A stretch of DNA of 27,854 bases, from the NCBI GenBank assembly GCA_048550095.1, contig JBLYYV010000100.1:1-27854 (forward strand), read 5' to 3'. Under the pieces are notes generated by a model. It saw nothing but the letters and a program-made list of their open reading frames with translations, did not search any database and was not told where the DNA came from. Within the stretch, counting starts at the first letter, position 1. Every line of letters begins with the position of its first letter. Below, in pieces: positions 7,313-17,562 of this stretch. Source of the stretch: Gammaproteobacteria bacterium (lineage in GTDB: Bacteria > Pseudomonadota > Gammaproteobacteria > Steroidobacterales > GCA-2729495). A program made the position numbers and the translations under genes.

Positions 7313-7971
7313 TTCCGCTCCAGCGTGAAGCGATTCCCCTGTTGATTGAGGATCGCACCGGTCGACGTGATTTCCTCGACGACCGGTCCCTCCGTGAGCC
7401 GCTCGCCTTCGCGATACTTGCTCATATTGATAAACACGAAGCGTTTTTGCGGGTCGCTCGCGTACACGTGCATGTCGAGATGCAACTGCGGCATCGAAAT
7501 GATGCCCGCGACCAGCAACTGTTCGAATCTCGGCAGGGACGGCTGGATATTCTCGGTTGCCTCTTCAGCTACGAACCGCGGCGGGTCCTCGTCGGTCACG
7601 ATCGGCACGTCGGCTGCGACGGCGACGACCGGTTCGCGCTTGACGGCAGGCTTCGGCGCCGCCTTGGGTTGCGCCGTCGCTGAATCGGCCACCGTCGGTT
7701 CGGTGGCTTCCTGCCGCAGAGACCGGGTAGCGGGCGGTCGAGTCGCGGCAGCCGGCGTCGCCGCAGGCACCGGCCCCCCGTTTTCCGCCGGACCCGCAAA
7801 GTAGATCCAGCCAACCACGAGCGCGTTTAGCAGCAGGACGACGACGAGAACCGGTATCCAGAGATTGCGCGGGTTTTTCTCCACGCGTTGCTGGGTGGTC
7901 GCGAGCCCGGGCGTTACCTGTTGCTGGCGCTCCGCGTCGCTCTTGCGTAATGCGTCGAGTATGAAAGACAT
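7309..7971 (-). CDS. gspB: General secretion pathway protein B (ExeB/GspB)
   Basis: Family-typical start MSFILDALRKSDAER, one TM helix, Pro/Ala linker and C-terminal LDMHVYASDPQKRFVFIN..YREG domain. Follows exeA; 4-bp CTAG stop overlap with the SRAP gene. Confidence 0.85.
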   Translation of the reverse strand: MSFILDALRKSDAERQQQVTPGLATTQQRVEKNPRNLWIPVLVVVLLLNALVVGWIYFAGPAENGGPVPAATPAAATRPPATRSLRQEATEPTVADSATAQPKAAPKPAVKREPVVAVAADVPIVTDEDPPRFVAEEATENIQPSLPRFEQLLVAGIISMPQLHLDMHVYASDPQKRFVFINMSKYREGERLTEGPVVEEITSTGAILNQQGNRFTLERN

Positions 7972-7975
7972 GGGT

Positions 7976-9679
7976 TCAGTTGACCCGCGCCAGCCGGGGA
8001 CTGCCGGGCTGGTTCAGATCCGTGTTAATGGCGATTTGCGTCTGGTAGCCCACCAGGCCGTCCACCGTCAGGCGGCGTTGACGCTGGTAGTCCCGAACGC
8101 GTAACTCGAGATCCTGATCGAAGAGTTCGGAGTCCATCGGGCTGACGGGTTCGCCCTGGATCCTTGCCAGGCTCTCGCGCAGCCACTTGATATCTGCATG
8201 TCGCATGCCCGGGATAAATTGCTTGACCCCGTCGATCTGCGGCCGCCACAGCAGCAGGTAGTCGCCGAACCAGTACTCTCCCAGGTCGTCGATGCTGACC
8301 GTGTAGGAATCCGCACCGATCGACAGCACGGCTCGTCGCTCATCGAGACCCGACAGTACGACCTGGTGTTGGTTTCCATCCGGATCCCGCAACGAAAGTA
8401 TCACCGGGCGGTCGAGACTCCGTACCTGGGCCAGCGAACCGCGCTGAAACAGGCAGCGCAAGCCATCGCCCTGGGCCTGCTCGCAGGCGCGGGTCGTCGC
8501 GCGCTGGTACTCGAGCCCCCACAGACCAAACAGCGTGGCGAATGCGTTGTCGGTGTCCGTGGCACCATTCCGTTGGCTCAGTAAGGGCCCGATGTTCGAT
8601 GGCGAATCCTGATCCCCGTCGCGAATCGCCGTGTCCGTATCGCTGCCGGGAGCGGTAGAGGAGACAGCGGGTTCGCCGGGCATGGCGACAGTTTCATCCG
8701 CCGTTGCCGGAATGGCGGGCGCGGGCAGCGTCGCGGTCTCCACCGGATCTGCGGACGGCGGCCGGGACAGATTGGACAGCGCCCAGTTGGCGGCAAAGAT
8801 CAGGCCCGCGACCGCACCCACGGTCGCGAGTCGTGCGAGCCACGGTCGCCATATGGCCCAGGGCGAGAAGTCGCGGTCGAGGACCTCGCTCGCTGCTTTG
8901 CGCAACAGTTTCGGCGTCACTTCGCGCGACTCTTCGGTGAAGGCGCCGAGCATGGCGCGGTCGGCGATGACGTTGATCATGCGCGGCACGCCATGCGTTA
9001 ACTTGTACAACTCGCGTTTCGCCGCGGGCGTGAAAATCGGAGCGACCGCGCCGGCGACCTTCAGACGGTGGTCGATGTAAGTGAGCGATTCCTCGCGCGA
9101 TAACGGCTCGAGGTGATAGCGCCCGGTGATGCGTTGCGCCAATTGCCGCAGGTCGTTGCGCGCGAGCATGGCGCGTAACTCGGGCTGGCCGATCAGGATG
9201 ATCTGCAGAAGCTTCTGCTTGGTCGTTTCCAGGTTCGTCAGCAAGCGGACCTGTTCCAGCACATCGATTCTGAGGTTCTGCGCTTCGTCGACGATCAAAA
9301 TTGTGCGCCGCCCCTCGCTATGGTTCTTCAGCAGGAACGCGTTCAGCGCATTGGTCAGGTCCTTGATGCTGTGGGCGCGCTCCGACAGCGGAACGTGAAG
9401 TTCCTCGCAGATCGCGCTCAGAAATTCGTTGCGGGAAATCTGCGGATTCAGGATCAGCGCCACGTCGGTCGTGTCCGGAATCTGCTGCAGCAGGCTCCTG
9501 ACGAGCGTGGTTTTGCCGGTGCCGACTTCGCCGGTCAGCTGGATGAATCCACCGCTCTCGCGGACGCCATAGACGAGATGCGCAAGCGCCTCCGTATGGC
9601 GTTCGCTCATGAAGAGGTAACGCGGATCGGGCGCGATGGAGAACGGCTTCTCGTTTAGTCCGAAAAAGCGGGTATACAT
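7976..9679 (-). CDS. exeA: ExeA/GspA AAA+ ATPase with TM helix and C-terminal peptidoglycan-binding domain
   Basis: MYTRFFGLNEKPFSIAPDPRYLF, Walker A GEVGTGKT, Walker B IVDEAQ, GQPEL, GVPRMINVIADRAML and PG-binding VRDYQRQRRLTVDGLVG. Confidence 0.93.
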   Translation of the reverse strand: MYTRFFGLNEKPFSIAPDPRYLFMSERHTEALAHLVYGVRESGGFIQLTGEVGTGKTTLVRSLLQQIPDTTDVALILNPQISRNEFLSAICEELHVPLSERAHSIKDLTNALNAFLLKNHSEGRRTILIVDEAQNLRIDVLEQVRLLTNLETTKQKLLQIILIGQPELRAMLARNDLRQLAQRITGRYHLEPLSREESLTYIDHRLKVAGAVAPIFTPAAKRELYKLTHGVPRMINVIADRAMLGAFTEESREVTPKLLRKAASEVLDRDFSPWAIWRPWLARLATVGAVAGLIFAANWALSNLSRPPSADPVETATLPAPAIPATADETVAMPGEPAVSSTAPGSDTDTAIRDGDQDSPSNIGPLLSQRNGATDTDNAFATLFGLWGLEYQRATTRACEQAQGDGLRCLFQRGSLAQVRSLDRPVILSLRDPDGNQHQVVLSGLDERRAVLSIGADSYTVSIDDLGEYWFGDYLLLWRPQIDGVKQFIPGMRHADIKWLRESLARIQGEPVSPMDSELFDQDLELRVRDYQRQRRLTVDGLVGYQTQIAINTDLNQPGSPRLARVN

Positions 9680-9743
9680 TGACCGGTGCCTTTCGTAGTC
9701 GCCGCTATTCTAGGTGGAAGCGGGCCGGTTCGGTAGGGCTGGG

Positions 9744-10634
9744 TCAGGTGCGGCGCAAAACGATCATGTGCGCGAGATAGTCCAGGCCCTCGGTGTCGCA
9801 GTTCAACGAGTCGAGCTCGGCCAGCGCCATCTTCAGCAACTCGTCCGAACGCCGCCGCGCCTCGTCCATTCCGAGCAGACTCGGGTAGGTGGCCTTGTCG
9901 TGCGCGATGTCCGCACCCTGCTGCTTGCCGATTTCCTCCGTCGTGCCTTCGATATCGAGGATGTCGTCGCGGATCTGGAACGCCAGCCCCATATAGTCCA
10001 CGAATCGCTCCAGCCCATGCAGTTCGGTAGTCGAGCGCTCCGGCGGGCAATAGGCGGCCGACATGACGCTGGCGCGCAGCAAGCGGCCGGTCTTCAGCCG
10101 GTACATGTGCTCGAGTTCGGCGACGTCCAGATTCTGCCCTTCGGCGCCGATGTCGATTGCCTGTCCACCGGTCATGCCCTCCGATCCGCAGCATCGAGCG
10201 ATCAGGTCGATGATCCGTATCTTCTCGGCCGGGTAGTCGCGCAGGGCCGGCGCGCTGGCCAGTGTCATGAATGCCAGCGGCTGCAGCGCATCTGCCGCGA
10301 GTATGGCCGTCGCCTCGTCGAAAGCGCGATGAGTGGTGGGGCGGCCGCGGCGAAGATCGTCGTCGTCCATCGCCGGCAGATCGTCGTGCACCAGCGAGAA
10401 TGCATGCATCATCTCGATAGCGGCAGCCGGTGCGTCGAGCATGTCCACCGGTACGCCCAGCGCCTCGCCCGTTGCGTATACCAGCAGTGGACGGATTCGC
10501 TTGCCGCCGCCGAGCACCGAGTAGCGCATGGCTGCATGCAACTTCTGCGGTTTGACGCTGGGGCCCGGCAGGGCCTCGTCCAGTACGTTCTCGATGCGCT
10601 CGAGATAGCTATCGATACGGTCTTCGAATTTCAT
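9744..10634 (-). CDS. ispA: Farnesyl diphosphate synthase / geranyltranstransferase (start reassigned to the ATG at 10634)
   Basis: YSVLGGGKRIRP, FARM HDDLPAMDDDDLRRGRPT, GMTGGQAID, KTG and SARM FQIRDDILD. Confidence 0.93.
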   Translation of the reverse strand: MKFEDRIDSYLERIENVLDEALPGPSVKPQKLHAAMRYSVLGGGKRIRPLLVYATGEALGVPVDMLDAPAAAIEMMHAFSLVHDDLPAMDDDDLRRGRPTTHRAFDEATAILAADALQPLAFMTLASAPALRDYPAEKIRIIDLIARCCGSEGMTGGQAIDIGAEGQNLDVAELEHMYRLKTGRLLRASVMSAAYCPPERSTTELHGLERFVDYMGLAFQIRDDILDIEGTTEEIGKQQGADIAHDKATYPSLLGMDEARRRSDELLKMALAELDSLNCDTEGLDYLAHMIVLRRT

Positions 10635-10713
10635 GCGCCAAGCATAGAGATTTCGACAGTTCAGGCCAAATGTTGTTCGGCTAAACCGGGTTCGACCGAT
10701 TACAATGCGCTGC

Positions 10714-11703
<990 letters not shown>

Positions 11704-11723
11704 CTCGCCCGGGCCAGCATCGA

Positions 11724-12785
11724 ATGACTGTCGCGACTGCACCCGGAAAACTCGTCATCTTCGGTGACTATGCCGTGCTGGAAGGCGCACCGGCGGCGGC
11801 GACCAGCGTCGACGTCAGGGCGCATGCCCAGGTGGATGTGACCGACGGTCGCAACAGCGTCTTCATCGACCTGGCCGGCGGCAACGCCTACGACTTCGTC
11901 GTGGAACCGGGTGCCGACCTCGTCTGGACGACGGCTTCACCCGGCGACAGGGGCACGGTCGTTGCAGCCGTGCTCGATATCTGTCACGAACTCGTGCACT
12001 TGCGCGGTCCGATGCCTGCATTGCGCATCAGCCTGAATACCGATGCGTTTTTCACGCGCGCGAACGACCGTACCGAGAAACTCGGTCTCGGATCGAGCGC
12101 GGCGGTGCTCGTGGCACTGACCGGCGCGTTGCTCGACGCGTTGCGCGTCCCCGCCGAGCCGGATTCCCTGATCAGGATTTGTCACGAGGCACATCACCGG
12201 TTTCAGGGCGGGCACGGCAGTGGCATCGACGTGGCGACCGCCGTCCTCGGCGGGGTCATCGGCGTGCGTCGGGATCCCAAGAGCGAGTACCCGCTGGCCG
12301 AGTCTTTGCCATGGCCGGACGGCCTGCTGATGCTGGCGGTCTGGTCCGGCAGCAGCGCCTCCACCCCAGAGTTGCTGACACGATTCAATGCGTATCGGGA
12401 TCAGCACAAGGATGGATTTCGCACTCATCTGATGCATCTGGAGCGGTTCGCAGAACAGGCCGACGCGGCATGGCGGGAGGGTCGGGTAGCAGAAGTGCTG
12501 TCAGCGCTAACGGGCTATGACAATGCGTTGCGTGCGCTCGACTACGATGCGGGAATCGGCATCAACACCCAAGTTCATGAGCGCTTACGCGGCATGACCG
12601 AAAAGCATGGCGCGGTTTACAAGACTTCCGGGGCCGGCGGCGGTGACTTCGGGATCGTCCTGACAAATTCTTCGGAGGTGCTCGAGCAGGTTGCCGACGA
12701 AATGCGCGCTGCCGACTTCATGCTGCTCGATGCCGATCTGAACGCGGCCGGACTGTCGATCTCGCCCGGCGAAGACCCCTCTTAG
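11724..12785 (+). CDS. GHMP kinase, most like phosphomevalonate kinase (MvaK2 type)
   Basis: APGKLVIFGDYAVLE, KLGLGSSAA, AH..FQGGHGSGIDVA and K.SGAGGGD are typical of phosphomevalonate kinases. Starts 20 bp after mvaD. Confidence 0.8.
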   Translation: MTVATAPGKLVIFGDYAVLEGAPAAATSVDVRAHAQVDVTDGRNSVFIDLAGGNAYDFVVEPGADLVWTTASPGDRGTVVAAVLDICHELVHLRGPMPALRISLNTDAFFTRANDRTEKLGLGSSAAVLVALTGALLDALRVPAEPDSLIRICHEAHHRFQGGHGSGIDVATAVLGGVIGVRRDPKSEYPLAESLPWPDGLLMLAVWSGSSASTPELLTRFNAYRDQHKDGFRTHLMHLERFAEQADAAWREGRVAEVLSALTGYDNALRALDYDAGIGINTQVHERLRGMTEKHGAVYKTSGAGGGDFGIVLTNSSEVLEQVADEMRAADFMLLDADLNAAGLSISPGEDPS

Positions 12786-12800
12786 GATCGAGAGCCTGTC

Positions 12801-14267
12801 TTACTGAACGAAGCGGTAGTACTCGATTCCGGCATCCTGAAACGCATGGGTCGTTTCGGAACCGACGCGGTCGACGACGAATTCGGACTGCGGCGCGTAA
12901 TGAATGCCGGCGAGGCTCGAGCGGTCGCGCAACGCCAGGTATTGGTCGTGAGTCAGGTCAACCATCGGTAACAGCGCCGATTTGAATTCGATCGATCGCG
13001 CCCCGTGTTCCCAACCCGGTACCATGCGAATCGGAATGGCATCCGCGGCATCGCCGCTGCCGTAACCCACGAGCAGAATCTCCTTGCCCGTGACATCGAT
13101 CTCGTCGCAACTCGCTTCGTCGAGTCCCGCGGCGAGCCACGCAGGCAGTGCGGCCGTATACAGATTGCCGAGCTCGCGCATGCTCGCCGTGCCGAGCAAC
13201 ATCTTGTGTCGCACATACTGATCGAAAGCGTCGGAACGCCGGAACGATTTCAACACCTTAAGCCCGGCTGGAAAGATTTCGTCGCTGATTTTTTCGCGGA
13301 CACCGAACCCGGCGAGATCCGGAGTCCTGTCGACTTCGGCGACAAAGTCCGTGAACGCTACACCCGCAGAATCGCAATAGGACTGCAATTCGTCGTGATC
13401 CGCGGCGCCGCCATGCGCCAGGGCAAACAGGTAGGCCATGCCCCAGCCGGTCTCCGGCATGCGTTGATAAGGACGATGCATGAAGATCGCTTCGACGTTT
13501 CGAACGTGCTGCGCCGGGTCGATATCTCGTTTCCGGTACATGTCCTCGAGCGCGCGTTGCATCTCGTCGACATAGCAACTGGTCGAGTATTTGCCGTTGA
13601 ATACGGGGATATCGACGAAGTCCGGGCTGGCTCCGGTGCCGTTACGATTGATCAGCGGTTTGCGGAAATCGACGCCGCGGTAATCGGATGCGGTACCTGA
13701 TTCGGACAGGTCGATCGTTGCGATGGTCGGGTCAGCGCTCAGCAGCATGGCCACCGCGCCGGCGCCCTGGGTCGGTTCACCGCTGCTGCCGCGCTCATAC
13801 AGCGCCTTGTCCGCAGATACGACGATCGCAAGCGAGTCGCTGCCGTCAGTTGCCAGAAAGCGCAGCGCATTCTTGAGTCCGTAGACGCCGCCGAGGCATG
13901 CGTGCTTAAACTCGGGGACTTCGCAGTTGCGGGACAGGCCCGGCAGGCCGAGTCCCTTCAGTGCAGAGTCCACCATGCCCTTGATAATGACCGCGCCGGC
14001 GGAGTTGTCGGTACTCGATTCGGTGCCGAGGCCGAGGTAGCGAACCCGCGCCGGGTCGACGTCGTAATTCTGGATTAACCTCAATACCGCGTTGGCCGCC
14101 ATCGTGTAGACGCTCTGTTGCGGACCGAGCAAACGGAAGCCTGTGCCAACAACCTGGCGAATCTTGTCCCAGTCGGCACCGGTCCACTCGCACCATTGCT
14201 GCAAGTCCACCCGGTAGGGCGGTAAATACAGTGACAGTCCGCTGAGTCCGACGGGTCGTGAGTTCAT
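12801..14267 (-). CDS. mvaS: Hydroxymethylglutaryl-CoA synthase, long form (488 aa)
   Basis: GTES (E83), KHACLGG (C124), EPTQGAGAVAML, DFRKP, GKYS, HRPY (H264), GNLYTAAL (N368) and GYGSG. Converges on mvaD and the kinase. Confidence 0.88.
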   Translation of the reverse strand: MNSRPVGLSGLSLYLPPYRVDLQQWCEWTGADWDKIRQVVGTGFRLLGPQQSVYTMAANAVLRLIQNYDVDPARVRYLGLGTESSTDNSAGAVIIKGMVDSALKGLGLPGLSRNCEVPEFKHACLGGVYGLKNALRFLATDGSDSLAIVVSADKALYERGSSGEPTQGAGAVAMLLSADPTIATIDLSESGTASDYRGVDFRKPLINRNGTGASPDFVDIPVFNGKYSTSCYVDEMQRALEDMYRKRDIDPAQHVRNVEAIFMHRPYQRMPETGWGMAYLFALAHGGAADHDELQSYCDSAGVAFTDFVAEVDRTPDLAGFGVREKISDEIFPAGLKVLKSFRRSDAFDQYVRHKMLLGTASMRELGNLYTAALPAWLAAGLDEASCDEIDVTGKEILLVGYGSGDAADAIPIRMVPGWEHGARSIEFKSALLPMVDLTHDQYLALRDRSSLAGIHYAPQSEFVVDRVGSETTHAFQDAGIEYYRFVQ

Positions 14268-14345
14268 GAGTGAAGTCTGTGATCGATCAGGTCGCCCGGC
14301 GCTCGGCGGGCTGGGGCTGGGCCCCGCATGGTTGCAAATCTGTGG

Positions 14346-14837
14346 CTATTCTACCGTGATTGTCACGACCTTAGACACAATCGGCGGCTGATGCGGTACG
14401 TGATTTCCGTCGCCCAGCACCAGCTGGAGGGTGTGCTGGCCGGGTTCGAGCTCGATCGAGGTCTCCGTCTGGCCTTTACCATAGTGTACGTGCTGAGCAT
14501 CCGCGGGCACGGGCGCGTCCGGGTTGGCCAGCTCGGTGTCGATCAGGAGGTGATGATGCCCGGTGTTCGGCGTGTGCTGACCGGCGGGTGCGACGCTCAT
14601 GCCGCTGATGCCGAATTTCACGCTGAGCGGTGAGCTGACCGTGGACCCGTTCGCCGGGCTGATAATGAACACGGTCGCGCCCGGCGGGGCCGGAGATCGC
14701 TGCAGTGCCGGCGGCGTCGATGCGTTTTCCGAGGCGCCGGTCGGGGCCTGTTCCTGGCCGCCGCAGCCGGCGGTCAACAGCGAGAAACCGAGAATAAACG
14801 AGCAAGCGAGAAGCGGGGATACGTGGCAGCGATGCAT
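14346..14837 (-). CDS. DUF4399 domain lipoprotein (start probably the ATG at 14837)
   Basis: Signal peptide with lipobox LTAGC (Cys25). V.IISP..G..V..P..VKFG..GM.VAPAG, GHHHLLID, H.GKGQTE..L.PG.HTLQL.LGD..H match DUF4399. Confidence 0.85.
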   Translation of the reverse strand: MHRCHVSPLLACSFILGFSLLTAGCGGQEQAPTGASENASTPPALQRSPAPPGATVFIISPANGSTVSSPLSVKFGISGMSVAPAGQHTPNTGHHHLLIDTELANPDAPVPADAQHVHYGKGQTETSIELEPGQHTLQLVLGDGNHVPHQPPIVSKVVTITVE

Positions 14838-14975
14838 GATTGAGGGTCCTCCGGTCCGGGCCGACACGGGATGTTAACCGACGCGGTCTGCGGTGTCATG
14901 AACTCGCCGACCGCGCCATCGCGAGGCGATCCGCATATTGTGAAATACCCGGCGCCTCGCGCCCGCATCGTTGCT

Positions 14976-17453
14976 TCAGGCTGCGGGTTTCTTGCGGCGC
15001 GGCGTTGGTGCGGTCTTGGTGCCCAGTTCACTGCTGTCGAAGTCGTCGACCGCGATCAGGGCCATGACCTGCTCGTCCAGATCCCGCATTTGCCGGGCCT
15101 CGTCGGCGGTCAGCACGCCTGCGGCCTCGGCGCCGTCGATGACGGCCAGCGGGTCGCCATCCTCGATGACACCCGCGCGCCGCGCGTCTCGAATCTTGCC
15201 TTCCAGCGGACTGGCGGCCTCCGCCGCGACCAGCGCCGCCTGCAAGCGGCCGAGCGGGTTGCCCGGCTCATCCGTCGAGTAAATCCCAGCGCACAATCGT
15301 TCGCGCGCCTCCGTCGGATACGTGATCAGGTCCACAATTTGCTGGCCGAGCTCGTCCGCGGGCGAGAAATACATGCGGCCGCGAGGAAAAATCAGCCCGC
15401 GCAGTATCGCTGCGACGAATCGGTTCGGGAAATTCCTCAGGAAGCCATGCAGTTGTTCCTGTGCCTGATACAGCAAACGGCGGCAGGACCATTCGACCAG
15501 GGGCAGATCGGCCTCGGGCCTGCCCTGATTCTCATAGTGCTTGAGCACCATGCTCGCGAGATACATCGAGCTGAACACGTCGCCGAGGCGGGCGGACAGG
15601 GATTCCTTCCGTTTGAGTTCGCCGCCGAGGGTCAGCATCGATACGTCGGCCGCCAGCGCGAATGCAGCGCTGTACCGGTTGATATGCTGGTAGTAGCGCG
15701 CCGTCGGGCCGCCGTGAGGGACATCGCTGAGCTTCGCATGCGTCAGCGCCAGCACGAACGAGCGAGCGGCGTTGCTGATGGCGTAACCGATGTGGCCGAA
15801 CAGATGCGTGTCGAACTCATCGAGACTCTGGTCGAAGTCGGGATTGGCGGCCGCTTCCATTTCCTTCAGTACGTAGGGATGACAGCGGATCGCACCCTGG
15901 CCGAAGATGATCAGGCTGCGCGTCAGGATATTCGCGCCCTCGACGGTAATCGCGATCGGAATCGCCTGGTAGGTGCGGCCCAGGTAATTGTTGGGCCCCA
16001 TGACGATGCCCTTGCCGCCATGGACATCCATCGCGTCGTTCGCAACGCGCCGGCCGATTTCGGTGCAGTGGTACTTCAGAATCGCGGACGGTACGGCCGG
16101 TTTCTCGCCTCGACCCAGCGCCGCGCAGGTCACCGAGATCGCCGCCGTGGCCGTATAGACTTCGCCCGCCATTCGCGCGAGTACTTCGCCAATCCCTTCG
16201 AACCGGCTGATCGGCAGATTGAACTGCTGGCGGATCCGCGTGTAGGCGCCGGACGCCCAGACGGCTGCCTTGCCGCCGCCCATTGCATTTGACGGCAAGA
16301 CGACGGAGCGACCGGCGGCCAGCTGCTCCATCAGCATGCGCCAGCCCTGACCGGCGCGTTCAGGTCCGCCGATGATGCAGTCGAGCGGCAAGAACACATC
16401 CTTGCCCTGCGTGGGGCCATTCTGGAACGGATTATTCAGCGGGAAATGGCGTCTGCCGATCGTGATGCCCTTGGTGTTAGTCGGGATCAACGCCGCCGTA
16501 ATGCCGTATTCGTCCTCTTCACCGATCAGGTGATCCGGATCGTATAGCTTGAATGCCAGGCCGAGGACAGTCGCGATCGGCGCGAGCGTGATGTAGCGCT
16601 TGTCCCAGTTCAGCCGGATGCCGATGATTTCCTTGCCGCCAAACTTGCCCTTGCACACGACGCCCGTGTCAGGGATCGAGGCCGCATCTGATCCGGCGCG
16701 GGGGCCGGTCAACGCGAAGCACGGAATCTCTTCTCCGCTCGCGAGCCCGGGCAGGTAGCGTTCCTTTTGTTCCTCCGTCCCATAGTGAAGCAGCAGCTCC
16801 GCGGGTCCGAGCGAGTTAGGCACGCCGACCGTCGACGCGGCGACCGTATTACGGCTCGCGAGCTTGGCGAGCACCATCGCGACTCCGTAGGGTGAGAATT
16901 CCAGGCCGCCGTATTTCTTCGGGATGATCATCGCGAAGAAGCGCTGCTCCTTGATGTATGCCCAGACTTCCGGCGGCATGTCCGCGAGCTCGTGCGAGAT
17001 CTGCCAGTCATCGAGCATGCGGCACAATTCTTCGGTGGGCCCGTTGAGGAACGCCTGTTCTTCGTCGCTCAGCTTCGCGGCCGGCATCGCCGTCAGCTTC
17101 GCCCAGTTAGGTTGGCCGCTGAACAGCTCGCCGTCCCACCAGACCGTACCGGCCTCGAGCGCCTCGCGCTCGGTCTCGGAGATGGACGGCAGAATGCTCT
17201 TGTATAACTTGAGCAGCGGCGCCGTGACCTTGTCGCGCCGCAGGCTCTCGTTGTTCAGCAAGACCATTGCGGCGAAACCGACCCACAGAATCAGGTCCAG
17301 CAGGCCGGCGCTGTTGCTGAACAGCGTGTAAACCAGGATAGAAAAACCGAGAACGAAGGTCGACGTTTTCAGGTCGACGCGTCGGTACGCAAGTGCCAGC
17401 GCTACGCCGACAAGGGCAATGGACCAGGCGATCCAGAGTAAGAACGAGAACAC
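14976..17453 (-). CDS. fadE: Acyl-CoA dehydrogenase FadE (825 aa, N-terminal membrane anchor)
   Basis: ISETEREALEAGTVWWDGELFSG, VPNSLGPAELLLHYGT, CFALTGPRAGSDA, WDKRYITLAP and TVEGANILTRSLIIFGQG. GAGG SD before the GTG. Confidence 0.95.
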   Translation of the reverse strand: MFSFLLWIAWSIALVGVALALAYRRVDLKTSTFVLGFSILVYTLFSNSAGLLDLILWVGFAAMVLLNNESLRRDKVTAPLLKLYKSILPSISETEREALEAGTVWWDGELFSGQPNWAKLTAMPAAKLSDEEQAFLNGPTEELCRMLDDWQISHELADMPPEVWAYIKEQRFFAMIIPKKYGGLEFSPYGVAMVLAKLASRNTVAASTVGVPNSLGPAELLLHYGTEEQKERYLPGLASGEEIPCFALTGPRAGSDAASIPDTGVVCKGKFGGKEIIGIRLNWDKRYITLAPIATVLGLAFKLYDPDHLIGEEDEYGITAALIPTNTKGITIGRRHFPLNNPFQNGPTQGKDVFLPLDCIIGGPERAGQGWRMLMEQLAAGRSVVLPSNAMGGGKAAVWASGAYTRIRQQFNLPISRFEGIGEVLARMAGEVYTATAAISVTCAALGRGEKPAVPSAILKYHCTEIGRRVANDAMDVHGGKGIVMGPNNYLGRTYQAIPIAITVEGANILTRSLIIFGQGAIRCHPYVLKEMEAAANPDFDQSLDEFDTHLFGHIGYAISNAARSFVLALTHAKLSDVPHGGPTARYYQHINRYSAAFALAADVSMLTLGGELKRKESLSARLGDVFSSMYLASMVLKHYENQGRPEADLPLVEWSCRRLLYQAQEQLHGFLRNFPNRFVAAILRGLIFPRGRMYFSPADELGQQIVDLITYPTEARERLCAGIYSTDEPGNPLGRLQAALVAAEAASPLEGKIRDARRAGVIEDGDPLAVIDGAEAAGVLTADEARQMRDLDEQVMALIAVDDFDSSELGTKTAPTPRRKKPAA

Positions 17454-17504
17454 GATTGGGGCACCTCGAAATCTTGGGGACCGGGCTGCTCACTATAGCG
17501 CATC

Positions 17505-17535
17505 ACCGGGATGCCCGTGTGACAGGCATCCCGGT
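17505..17535. terminator. GC-rich hairpin downstream of mdh; possible terminator or RNA-stability stem
   Basis: ACCGGGATGCC (17505-17515), 9-nt loop, GGCATCCCGGT (17525-17535). No U-tract follows, so intrinsic termination is uncertain. Confidence 0.4.
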
Positions 17536-17562
17536 CGGCGCGGGTTCTGCCGAATTATTGGG

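Noticed and set aside
14871-16292. 473-aa plus-strand ORF, and similar long antisense ORFs (135-1142, 4821-5699, 9714-10973, 18043-18945, 26178-27224)
   Set aside because: Each lies opposite a well-supported gene, has Arg/Ala-rich composition without motifs, and is expected from codon bias in high-GC DNA.
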